DNA of 60,544 bases, from the NCBI GenBank assembly GCA_037131775.1, contig JBAXQK010000005.1, positions 1 through 60,544 on the forward strand, written 5' to 3'. The stretch's first letter is position 1; every line of letters starts with the position of its first letter. Of this stretch, positions 18,628 through 26,735 are shown piece after piece. This stretch comes from Candidatus Uhrbacteria bacterium. Lineage in GTDB: Bacteria > Patescibacteriota > Patescibacteriia > UBA9934 > GWF2-40-263. The notes below the pieces were generated by a model that was not told where the DNA came from, did no database searches, and saw only the letters and a list, made by a program, of their open reading frames with translations. The position numbers and the translations under genes were made by a program.

Positions 18628-18656
18628 ACAATACCAGCCAACGAGGCTTTTGTCAA
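18628..18656 (-). promoter_or_regulatory. sigma70-type promoter of the orphan RNA
   Basis: On the minus strand: TTGACA (18656-18651), exactly 17 nt, TATTGT (18633-18628). Confidence 0.55.
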
Positions 18657-18685
18657 GCCTTGTCACCGGGGAATGTTACCAAAAA

Positions 18686-18716
18686 CAAACAGACCGCGCA
18701 AGCGATCTGTTTTTTG
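18686..18716. terminator. bidirectional intrinsic terminator (clpP on minus; vanW operon read-through on plus)
   Basis: Stem cagaccgc / gcgatctg with a GCAA loop. T-runs lie on both strands. Confidence 0.7.
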
Positions 18717-18750
18717 CTTAGCAAATTGACGTTTTTCCTGTTGAACGAGC

Positions 18751-19350
18751 CTAGATTTTGCCAATGACCTTGTCCACGAGGCCGTACTTCTGCGCGGTCA
18801 CCGGATCCATGAAATTGTCGCGTTCCGTGTCCTGCGCGACCTTCGAAATCTTCTGTCCGGTGTGCTTCGCGAGAATTTCGTTCAGGCGGTCCTTGATGTG
18901 CAGGATGCGGTCGGAGTGAATCTTGATGTCCGTCGCCTGGCCGGAGAATCCGCCGAGCACCTGGTGGATCATGATCTCCGCGTTCGGCAGCGCGAACCGC
19001 TTCCCCGCCGCTCCGCCCGCGAGCAACACTGCGCCCATGCTTGCCGCCATGCCGACGCACATCGTGGACACGTCCGGCTTCACGTACTGCATCGCGTCGT
19101 AGATGGCGAGTCCGGCCGTGACCGATCCGCCCGGCGAGTTGATGTAGATCTTGATATCCTTCGTCTTGTCCTCGGACTCGAGGAACAGCAGCTGCGCGAT
19201 GATCAGGTTCGCGACGGTATCGTCGATCTCGGTTCCGAGAAAGATGATGCGGTCCTTCAGGAGGCGCGAGTAGATGTCATAGGCGCGCTCGCCCATGTGG
19301 GTCTTTTCGATGACGGTCGGGATGAGGATGGAATTGTTTGATGGGGACAT
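18751..19350 (-). CDS. clpP: ATP-dependent Clp protease proteolytic subunit
   Basis: 199 aa. [35 protein letters not shown] and [14 protein letters not shown] include the catalytic Ser context. Confidence 0.95.
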   Translation of the reverse strand: MSPSNNSILIPTVIEKTHMGERAYDIYSRLLKDRIIFLGTEIDDTVANLIIAQLLFLESEDKTKDIKIYINSPGGSVTAGLAIYDAMQYVKPDVSTMCVGMAASMGAVLLAGGAAGKRFALPNAEIMIHQVLGGFSGQATDIKIHSDRILHIKDRLNEILAKHTGQKISKVAQDTERDNFMDPVTAQKYGLVDKVIGKI

Positions 19351-19433
19351 AGGACAAGAATGTAAAGTGTAGAATTCAAAATGAAAAATTTAGGAAATTC
19401 CTTTATTTTTCACTACGCATTATTCATTTTGCA

Positions 19434-20414
19434 TTACGACTCTATCATACTAACGCACTTCTCCACCAACTCCCAACACCCATCCTCCGTGCAAGCCACC
19501 CCTCCCACAGAAAACCCTGCCGCCTTCCGGTGCCCTCCCCCGCCCATGGCCGCCGCGACCTTTGCGACGTCGGGACCGGAGGAGCGCATGGAGACCTTTA
19601 TCTCGCCGTTTGGCATCTCGCGCATGACAAAGAGAACGTCGGATTCCGTTACTAAGTTTAGGAAATTGGACAGCCCGTCCACCTCGTCGTCCGTCGCCCC
19701 GTTCCCATCGATGTCGGCACGCGTCAGAAAGGTCGCGACGACGGACTTGGAGTCGTGGCGACGGATTCTCTCAAGGGCAGCGCCCCAGACGCGAAGAACG
19801 TTCACCCCGCGGTTCTGATACATGTTCCGGATCACCTCCTGGATCTTCGCCCCGCCCATCAGCAGCTCGGACGCCGCCTCGAACGCTCGCAGGTTCGTCC
19901 CCGCGTTCGAGAACACGGTCGTATCGAAGCAAATCCCGGTCATCAGGCAGGTGGCGGCCTCGCGGCTCGGGACGACATTGTTTTCCTTGAACCAGCGGTA
20001 GACGACCTCGGCCGTCGCCGGGGACGAGACGACGACTTGGTTCACCTGGCCGTATCGCGCGTTTGTCGCGTGGTGGTCGATGTTGATCGTCGTCGGGCGC
20101 GCCGGGCAAGTGGCGAGGAGACGGGCGACGTAGGCCGCGTCGGAACAGTCGAATGAGACGACAAGATCGATCGACGGGTCGTTTAAGACCGTCGCGTCGG
20201 TGGTACAGAGATCGACGTTCGGAAGGAAGCGGTACTTCGATGGGATCGGCTCGGAGACGAACACCGGGACGCGAATCCCCCGACCTTTCAGAAAATCTGC
20301 CATCGCAAGCGACGATCCCAGCGAATCCCCGTCAATGCGCTCGTCCGCGATAAACACGGGGCGTTTGGCCTTAAGGAGAAGGTCGTGAATTCGGCGGTGG
20401 GTATAGGATTCCAT
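19434..20414 (-). CDS. DHH/DHHA1 phosphoesterase (NrnA-like)
   Basis: Motifs DGDSLGSSLA, DHHATN and GGGHRKAAG. The promoter TTGACC-17-TATCCT places the start at ATG 20414 (MESYTHRR), so the mRNA is near-leaderless. Confidence 0.8.
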   Translation of the reverse strand: MESYTHRRIHDLLLKAKRPVFIADERIDGDSLGSSLAMADFLKGRGIRVPVFVSEPIPSKYRFLPNVDLCTTDATVLNDPSIDLVVSFDCSDAAYVARLLATCPARPTTINIDHHATNARYGQVNQVVVSSPATAEVVYRWFKENNVVPSREAATCLMTGICFDTTVFSNAGTNLRAFEAASELLMGGAKIQEVIRNMYQNRGVNVLRVWGAALERIRRHDSKSVVATFLTRADIDGNGATDDEVDGLSNFLNLVTESDVLFVMREMPNGEIKVSMRSSGPDVAKVAAAMGGGGHRKAAGFSVGGVACTEDGCWELVEKCVSMIES

Positions 20415-20466
20415 AGCGATGGACGAGGATACCATCGGACGAAGGGAAGGTCAATCGACCGCGAGT

Positions 20467-20515
20467 GGGGTCAGGTCGGGAATTGGGAATTTTTCCCGAT
20501 TCCCGACCTGACCCC
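20467..20515. repeat. 49-nt near-perfect palindrome
   Basis: ggggtcaggtcgggaat-tgggaa-ttt-ttcccg-attcccgacctgacccc. Up to 23 bp of potential stem with a 3-nt loop. No flanking T-run on either strand. Confidence 0.9.
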
Positions 20516-20532
20516 AAACATGACCCCAAACA
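20509..20532. repeat. tandem 12-nt direct repeat TGACCCCAAACA x2, overlapping the palindrome arm
   Basis: Read directly: tgaccccaaaca tgaccccaaaca. Confidence 0.9.
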
Positions 20533-20539
20533 GGAATAT

Positions 20540-20571
20540 AAAAACCGGACGCTTCCCTACGAAGCATCCGG
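20540..20571 (-). terminator. intrinsic terminator of the MFS transporter gene
   Basis: On the minus strand the stem ccggatgcttc / gaagcgtccgg (11 bp with one G-U) encloses the TAG stop and is followed by T5. Confidence 0.75.
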
Positions 20572-21738
20572 AAGCCTCGGCCTCCTCACCCACAGCGTCG
20601 CCGTCACCCCAAGCGACACGGCTCCCGCGATCGCCCACATCCAGACGATGGCGCGCGGGTCGTTATCGAACGGGCGCATGGCGAACGCGAGGACCACGAG
20701 GGTCGCGGCCACGCCCGCTTCCTGCGCGAACGACTGGAGCGAGGAGAACGTGGCGCGATAGCCCGACTCGATGCGCTCGTGGACGTACGCGTCGGCGAAC
20801 GTGGCGAAGGCGCCGCGACCGAGCTCGTGGATGGCGAGGAGGACGAACCAGGCGGCGAGCGGCGGGAGGACGGCGAAGGCGAGCATCGGGGCGGCGGCGA
20901 AGGCGAGGGCGAGGGCCATTCCCGCGCCGGTGCCGTCCTTCTGACCGAACCTGGTGCGGACGAGGAAGCCCGATGCCGCCACGACCGCGTACATGCCGAT
21001 CCAGGTGTAGCCGACGCCGTTCATGTCGAGATGCTTCAGCATCAGCGGGGCCCAGAACATGTTGAACGTCTGGAAGATCCCGTACGACGCCTGCATCGCC
21101 GCGGCCCAAAGCATCGTCGGCGACGACCTGAGGTTACGGAACGCGCGGCCGAGCGCGTCGAACTCGCCCATCGGATGCTCGAGCTCCTTCCCCTGCATCA
21201 GGCTCGCCGCGACGACGAACGCGAAGAGCGAGAACACGCCGTCGATGGCGAACGCGACGCCGCGGCCGAACGGGGCGGCGAGATACACGCCGAGTAACGT
21301 GCCGAGGACGGTCGCGATTCCCGCGATCGCCGTCGCCGTGCCGAACACGTGCGACAGGGTCCTCTTCCGGTCCGGCGCGTCCACGATCCATGACGACAGC
21401 GCGCCCGAGATGAACGCCGCGCCGACCGCGATGATCAGCTCCGCGCTGATCGCGTGCCAGAACCCGCCCGCGATCGAGTACCAGAACCCGCCGATCGCGT
21501 AAAAGACCGATCCCATCATCACGCTCCATCCGCGCCCGCGCCCGTCGGCGAGCATCCCGGTCGGGATCTCGAACGAGAGCGTCGCGATCCAGTACACCGC
21601 GTTGACCGTCGCGATCTGCGCGAACGTCAGCCCGATGTCCGCCAGGAACGGCGTGTACAGCGACATCGTCGCGCCGAGCCCGAGGCGAAAGAGGAAGGTG
21701 AAGAGATAGTAGGTGGTGGTCGATTTCATAGCCGGCAT
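20557..21738 (-). CDS. MFS transporter
   Basis: About 12 hydrophobic helices. GGAG lies 5 nt before ATG 21738. The track extension to 21942 runs through a perfect hairpin plus U-tract, so I reject it. Confidence 0.8.
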   Translation of the reverse strand: MPAMKSTTTYYLFTFLFRLGLGATMSLYTPFLADIGLTFAQIATVNAVYWIATLSFEIPTGMLADGRGRGWSVMMGSVFYAIGGFWYSIAGGFWHAISAELIIAVGAAFISGALSSWIVDAPDRKRTLSHVFGTATAIAGIATVLGTLLGVYLAAPFGRGVAFAIDGVFSLFAFVVAASLMQGKELEHPMGEFDALGRAFRNLRSSPTMLWAAAMQASYGIFQTFNMFWAPLMLKHLDMNGVGYTWIGMYAVVAASGFLVRTRFGQKDGTGAGMALALAFAAAPMLAFAVLPPLAAWFVLLAIHELGRGAFATFADAYVHERIESGYRATFSSLQSFAQEAGVAATLVVLAFAMRPFDNDPRAIVWMWAIAGAVSLGVTATLWVRRPRLPDAS

Positions 21739-21750
21739 TCTTACTCCGAA

Positions 21751-21782
21751 ATAAAACCGGCCCGGGGTAATTCCCGGGCCGG
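21751..21782 (-). promoter_or_regulatory. terminator-type attenuator hairpin in the 5' leader of the MFS gene
   Basis: On the minus strand: ccggcccggg-aattac-cccgggccgg (perfect 10 bp) followed by ttttattt, then the GGAG SD and the ATG. No upstream gene lies on this strand. Confidence 0.6.
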
Positions 21783-21913
21783 CCTTGCGATGACGAGGGG
21801 TTACCTCGCCATCGTCGCGCCGACTCGGGAATACGAAATCTGCTTCATCGTCCGATCGGACGAGAAGAGTGCGTACCCCTGGTTGACGCGACACGCGTTG
21901 TTCATACTTCTTC

Positions 21914-21942
21914 ATAAAACCATGGGGTGTCTTCCCTGTCAA
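21914..21942 (-). promoter_or_regulatory. candidate promoter of the MFS leader
   Basis: On the minus strand: TTGACA (21942-21937), 17 nt, TTTTAT (21919-21914). Confidence 0.45.
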
Positions 21943-21967
21943 CGCCGTGTGCTATAATTTGCCCGAT

Positions 21968-24220
21968 ATGTTTCTCCTCAAACTCGAACTCCAAGGATTC
22001 AAGACATTCGCCCAGAAAACAACGCTGTCGTTCCTTCCTCCCAAGGGCGGGGTCTCCCCCATCACCGCGGTCGTCGGGCCCAACGGCTCCGGCAAATCGA
22101 ACTTTTCGGATGCGATCCGGTGGGTGCTTGGCGAGCAGTCGCTGAAGCTGCTGCGCGGGAAGGAGTCGCAGGACGTCATCTTTTCGGGATCCGAGGGGCG
22201 CGGGCGCTCCGGGTTCGCGGAGGTTTCGATGACGTTCAACAACGAGGACCACACGATGCCGATCGACTTCTCGGAGGTGACCGTCACCCGCCGGCTGTAT
22301 CGCGACGGAAATTCCGAGTACCTCCTGAACGGCTCGGCCGCGCGGCTTTCCGATATCCAGCTGCTGCTCGCACAGGCCAACGTCGGTCAGCGGTCCTACT
22401 CCGTCATCGGCCAGGGGATGGTCGACCACATCCTCGTTTCCTCCCCCGAGGAACGCAAGGCGTTCTTCGACGACGCGACCGGCGTGAAGCAGTTTCAGAT
22501 CAAGCGCCACGAGTCGATGCTCAAGCTGAAGCGGACGTACGAGAACCTCGCCGAGGTCGAGATGCTCCTCACCGAGATCGAGCCGCGCCTCAAGTCTCTC
22601 AAGCGCCAGGTGTCGCGACTGCAGGAGCGCGAGGAGGTGGAGAAGAAGCTGCGCGAGCTTGAGCACGGATACTTCGGGACAATGTGGTGGCAGCTGACGG
22701 ACGAGCTCGTGGGCGTGAAGGAGAAGTTCTCGCGGCTCGACATCCAGGTGAACAAGGAGACGTCCGAGGTCGCCGCGCTCGTCGAGAAGGTCACGGCGAT
22801 GGAGCGCGAGGAGAAGGACAAGGACGTGCAGGACGACGGGCTCATTGTCATCCAGAAGCAGTACAACGACATGCAGCGGAAGCGATCGGGGTTCCGTGAC
22901 GAACAGTTCAAGGTGCAGAAGGAAATCGAGATGGCGAAGGTGCGCGCGCAGAGCAACTGGGCGCCGCTGCCGCTGACGAAGATCATCGAGGGGATCGAGG
23001 GGGTGGCGGGAGGGCTGAAAGGGCTGAGAAGCCTGAAAGGGCTCGACGAGATTTACGCGAGGATCGACGAGCTTCTGGAATCGTCGACGACGCTCGTGTC
23101 GCGGCTCCAGCGGCCGAGTCCGGAGGACGTGGTAAGCGATCCGAAGATGATCGCGCGCGTGGTCGAGCTCGGCGAGATGATCGCCGGGACCGAGGCCGAG
23201 CTGAAGACGCTCGAGGAGAGCATGAAGATGCACGCGGTCACCGAGAAGCAGGTGCGCACCGAGCTGTTCGACCTTCAGCGCGACCTGCGCCAGAAGCAGC
23301 AGGCGATCCACTTGGTCGAGAACCAGCGCAACGCGGTCGCCATCGACCTCGCCCGCCTCGAGGAACGCCAGGCGAACCTTGGGCGCGACATGGACGAGCA
23401 GCTAAAAGAACAGGCCGGCGACATCCGCGGCCGTCGCGTCGAGATCAAGGTCGACACCAATGCGACCTATCCAGAGATCCAGCGCCTGCGTTACAAGCTC
23501 GAGCTCATCGGCGGAATCGATCCCGAGATCGTGAAGGAATTCGAGGAGACGAACGCGCGGTTCTCCTTCCTCGACGGCCAGGTGAGCGACCTGCGCTCGG
23601 CCGTGGCCGACACGGAGAAGATTATCGACGAGCTCGACGAGGAGATTCACAAGCAGTCCGAGAAGGCGTTCAAGAAGATCAACGACGAGTTCGAGAAGTA
23701 CTTCAAGATGCTGTTCGGAGGCGGAAGCTGCTCGCTCGTGAAGATGTCGCGCGAGGACGTGAAGAAGGACGCGGGCGACGACCTCGACGAGGCGGTCGCG
23801 CAGCTCGGCGAGACCGAGAAGATCGCCCTGCGCATCCGCGAGCGCGAGGACCGCGTGGTCGGCATCGACATCCAGGCGACGCCACCGGGCAAGAAGCTCA
23901 AGGCGCTCAACCTGCTCTCCGGCGGCGAGCGCGCGCTGACGTCAATCGCCCTCGTCTCCGCGATCATGGCCGTGAACCCGGGCCCGTTCGTGGTCCTCGA
24001 CGAGGTCGACGCCGCCCTCGACGAGGCCAACACCTTCCGCTTCGCCGGCATCCTCGAGGAGCTGGCCAAGCTCACCCAGTTCATCGTCATCACCCACAAC
24101 CGCGCCACCATGGAAAAGGCCGACGTCCTCTATGGCGTCACGATGGGCGACGACGGCGTGTCCAATTTGCTGAGCGTGAATTTGTCGGACGTGACGGCGG
24201 GTGCGAGCGCGAGGCACTAG
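21968..24220 (+). CDS. smc: SMC-family chromosome segregation ATPase, unusually short (750 aa)
   Basis: N-terminus MFLLKLELQGFKTFA..VVGPNGSGKSN..IRWVLGEQS. C-terminus LSGGERALTSIAL..VLDEVDAALD. TGcTATAAT (21949-21957) sits 10 nt before the ATG, so the mRNA is leaderless. Confidence 0.85.
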   Translation: MFLLKLELQGFKTFAQKTTLSFLPPKGGVSPITAVVGPNGSGKSNFSDAIRWVLGEQSLKLLRGKESQDVIFSGSEGRGRSGFAEVSMTFNNEDHTMPIDFSEVTVTRRLYRDGNSEYLLNGSAARLSDIQLLLAQANVGQRSYSVIGQGMVDHILVSSPEERKAFFDDATGVKQFQIKRHESMLKLKRTYENLAEVEMLLTEIEPRLKSLKRQVSRLQEREEVEKKLRELEHGYFGTMWWQLTDELVGVKEKFSRLDIQVNKETSEVAALVEKVTAMEREEKDKDVQDDGLIVIQKQYNDMQRKRSGFRDEQFKVQKEIEMAKVRAQSNWAPLPLTKIIEGIEGVAGGLKGLRSLKGLDEIYARIDELLESSTTLVSRLQRPSPEDVVSDPKMIARVVELGEMIAGTEAELKTLEESMKMHAVTEKQVRTELFDLQRDLRQKQQAIHLVENQRNAVAIDLARLEERQANLGRDMDEQLKEQAGDIRGRRVEIKVDTNATYPEIQRLRYKLELIGGIDPEIVKEFEETNARFSFLDGQVSDLRSAVADTEKIIDELDEEIHKQSEKAFKKINDEFEKYFKMLFGGGSCSLVKMSREDVKKDAGDDLDEAVAQLGETEKIALRIREREDRVVGIDIQATPPGKKLKALNLLSGGERALTSIALVSAIMAVNPGPFVVLDEVDAALDEANTFRFAGILEELAKLTQFIVITHNRATMEKADVLYGVTMGDDGVSNLLSVNLSDVTAGASARH

Positions 24221-24229
24221 AAAACAATA

Positions 24230-24264
24230 AGAGCGATCCGACCGTGCGTCGGACCGCTCTTTTT
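24230..24264 (+). terminator. intrinsic terminator after smc
   Basis: Stem gagcg-a-tccgac / gtcgga-c-cgctc followed by T5. Confidence 0.75.
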
Positions 24265-24316
24265 CTTGACCCCGTTTCCCAGGAGGACTACCATTGCGTA
24301 GCTCACGGAACACCCA

Positions 24317-24904
24317 ATGCCCTTCTCAACCCCCACCGCCGCGCGAACGACTGCCTTTCGGATCACCGCGGCGATCGTCGTTCTCAACCTCGTCGGATTT
24401 CTTGTCGGAGCCGTCGCCTTCTCCGCCATGACGCTCTTCGACGCCGTCGCCCCCGTCGCCGTACTCTGGTTCTTTGCCCTGCGCACGGACCGAGCCGACC
24501 AGCGAGCAAACGAGCTCAAGCGGGAGGGCCAGCGCATCCTGGCAGACCACGTCCGGTTCGCGCAGGATCTCTCCGCGGCCATCACGCGGCACCCCGCCGA
24601 GGGATGCGACGCGCAGCTGATCCGCGTCGAGATCGTCGAGCGGTTCTTCGCCCACGCGGGACGGCTCGATCTGCTGGAGCCCGAGATGGCCGCAATGCTC
24701 CGCGACATCGACCCGCTCGTCTTCGCCGACGTCGTCGACGCGCTCGCGAAGCACCACTCCCCGCTGCTCGACGAGGACCACGTCCCCTGGGCCGCCTCCG
24801 TCAAGCATTCCGCCCAGGAACACTCCGTCATCTGTCCCCGTCCGATTGACCTCCTCGTCTGGAGACGATCCATGCCCCCGAGACACGCGGCCCCCAACGC
24901 CTAG
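24317..24904 (+). CDS. hypothetical membrane protein
   Basis: 195 aa. Two N-terminal helices (ITAAIVVLNLVGFLVGAVAF and VAPVAVLWFFAL). Promoter TTGACC-17-TACCAT (24266-24294). Terminator at about 24905-24932. Confidence 0.6.
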   Translation: MPFSTPTAARTTAFRITAAIVVLNLVGFLVGAVAFSAMTLFDAVAPVAVLWFFALRTDRADQRANELKREGQRILADHVRFAQDLSAAITRHPAEGCDAQLIRVEIVERFFAHAGRLDLLEPEMAAMLRDIDPLVFADVVDALAKHHSPLLDEDHVPWAASVKHSAQEHSVICPRPIDLLVWRRSMPPRHAAPNA

Positions 24905-24976
24905 TCTGTCCGACGCTCCGTCGGATTTTTTTATGGTATAATCGCAAAGATTCTAAGAGCGCTCGCGCAAAATCTT

Positions 24977-26347
24977 GTGTCAGACCATCTCATCGAGGAC
25001 ATTGCCACGGCCCCGTCGGAGGCGCTTGAGAAGACCATGGACGCTTCCTCGAGTTTTTTTCATCGTCTATTCGATAAAAAACCGTTCAAGGACGCCGAGG
25101 AGTACTGGGAAACGCTCGGCCCGGGACTCACCACCGGCGCGTCCGACGACGACCCGTCCGGGATCGCGACCTATTCGCAGACCGGAGCGCGTTACGGGTT
25201 CCAGCTGCTTTGGCTCGCGGCGTTTACCTTTCCGCTCATGGCCGTCGTCCAGGAGATGTGCGCGCGCATAGGGCTCGTGACGGGGCGCGGGCTGGCCGCG
25301 AACATCCGGAGCCACTATCCGACGTGGGTGCTGTATCTCTGCACGTCGCTGCTCGTCATCGCCAACACGTTCAACATCGGAGCCGACCTTGGCGCGATGG
25401 CCGAGGGAGGCACACTTCTCTTCCCAACGATTCCGGTCGGCCTGTTCGTCGTCTTCTTCGCCGTGCTGAGCGTCACCCTTCAGATCTTCACCACCTATGC
25501 CCGGTACGCGAAGTACCTCAAGTACCTCGCGCTCGTCCTCCTCGCCTACGTCTTCTCCGCGCTCATGATGAGACTGGACTGGGGCGACGTCCTCACGCAC
25601 GCGATCGTTCCGACCATGACCTTCTCCCGCGACCAGATCTTCCTCGTCTGCGGAATCCTCGGGACGACGATCTCGCCATACCTCTTCTTCTGGCAGACGT
25701 CGCAGGAAGTGGAAGAGCAGATTCTCCAGGGGAAGACGACCGTCCGCGAGCGTCGCAAGGAGACGAGCGACGAAGATATCAGGAAGATGCGCGTCGATGT
25801 CTGGTCGGGGATGCTCGTCTCGAACGTGGTGATGTTCTTCATCATCGCGGCCTGCGCCGGAACGCTGTACACGCACGGAATCACGAACATCGTGACCGCC
25901 GCCGACGCCGCCCTCGCCCTCCGGCCGATCGCCGGCGAGTACGCGTACCTGCTGTTCGCCATCGGGATCATCGGCACGGGAATGCTCGCCGTTCCCGTCC
26001 TTGCGGGATCCGCGTCCTACGCGCTCTCCGAAAGCTTCGGCTGGAAGCAGGGACTGTATCGCCCGTTCAAGTCCGCCCACGCGTTCTATGGCGTGATCAT
26101 CCTGTCGATGCTCGTCGGACTCGGGCTCAACTTCGTCGGGCTCGACCCCATCAAGGCGCTCGTCTGGTCGGCGGTCGCAAACGGAATGATCGCTCCGGTC
26201 ATCCTGTTCCTGATCATCCGGATCAGCGGAAACCACAAAATCATGGGAAAACGGGCGAACGGGCCGATTGCATCGCTTATCGGCTGGACAATCGTAGGAA
26301 TTATGTCCCTGGCCGGGTCCGCGGCCGCCGTATCCATGCTTCGTTGA
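24977..26347 (+). CDS. Nramp-family divalent metal transporter
   Basis: GPGLTTGASDDDPSGIATYSQTGARYG is the Nramp signature; the protein is polytopic. TGgTATAAT lies at 24934-24942. GTG 24977 is taken from the track; ATG 25038 is an alternative start. Confidence 0.85.
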   Translation: MSDHLIEDIATAPSEALEKTMDASSSFFHRLFDKKPFKDAEEYWETLGPGLTTGASDDDPSGIATYSQTGARYGFQLLWLAAFTFPLMAVVQEMCARIGLVTGRGLAANIRSHYPTWVLYLCTSLLVIANTFNIGADLGAMAEGGTLLFPTIPVGLFVVFFAVLSVTLQIFTTYARYAKYLKYLALVLLAYVFSALMMRLDWGDVLTHAIVPTMTFSRDQIFLVCGILGTTISPYLFFWQTSQEVEEQILQGKTTVRERRKETSDEDIRKMRVDVWSGMLVSNVVMFFIIAACAGTLYTHGITNIVTAADAALALRPIAGEYAYLLFAIGIIGTGMLAVPVLAGSASYALSESFGWKQGLYRPFKSAHAFYGVIILSMLVGLGLNFVGLDPIKALVWSAVANGMIAPVILFLIIRISGNHKIMGKRANGPIASLIGWTIVGIMSLAGSAAAVSMLR

Positions 26348-26411
26348 CATCCTTTCCCCGTTCCGCTATAGTTCCGGCACCGTTCAACACGCTCATGTTT
26401 GAACCAAACCT

Positions 26412-26735
26412 ATGCTGTCAATTCGTCTCACCCGCGTCGGAAAAAAGAAGCAGCCCATGTACCGCGTGGTCATCATGGACAAGCAGAAGGACCCGTGGGG
26501 CAAGTCCCTGGAAATCCTCGGTCACCGCAACCCGCGCACAAAGGAAACCACGCTGAACGCCGAGCGCATCCAATACTGGATCAGCAAGGGCGCCCAGCCT
26601 TCCGAGTCGGTCTGGAACATCCTGGTCGACCAGAAGATCGTGGACGGCAAGAAGCGCAACGTGACGCATCTTACCGAGGCCCGCCAGAAGACCATCGCCA
26701 CCGAAAAGGCGAAGGCAACGGAAACCGCCGCTTAG
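26412..26735 (+). CDS. rpsP: 30S ribosomal protein S16
   Basis: MLSIRLTRVGKKKQPMYRVVIMD...NAERIQYWISKGAQPS. A terminator hairpin at 26723-26746 encloses the stop. Confidence 0.95.
   Translation: MLSIRLTRVGKKKQPMYRVVIMDKQKDPWGKSLEILGHRNPRTKETTLNAERIQYWISKGAQPSESVWNILVDQKIVDGKKRNVTHLTEARQKTIATEKAKATETAA

Noticed and set aside
21786-21905. Assignment of the MFS leader to a known riboswitch class (fluoride, guanidine/ykkC, TPP).
   Set aside because: Only superficial similarities were seen (GAUGG, GCCCGGGA). The conserved cores as I remember them are absent. The element is reported only as a generic attenuator candidate.
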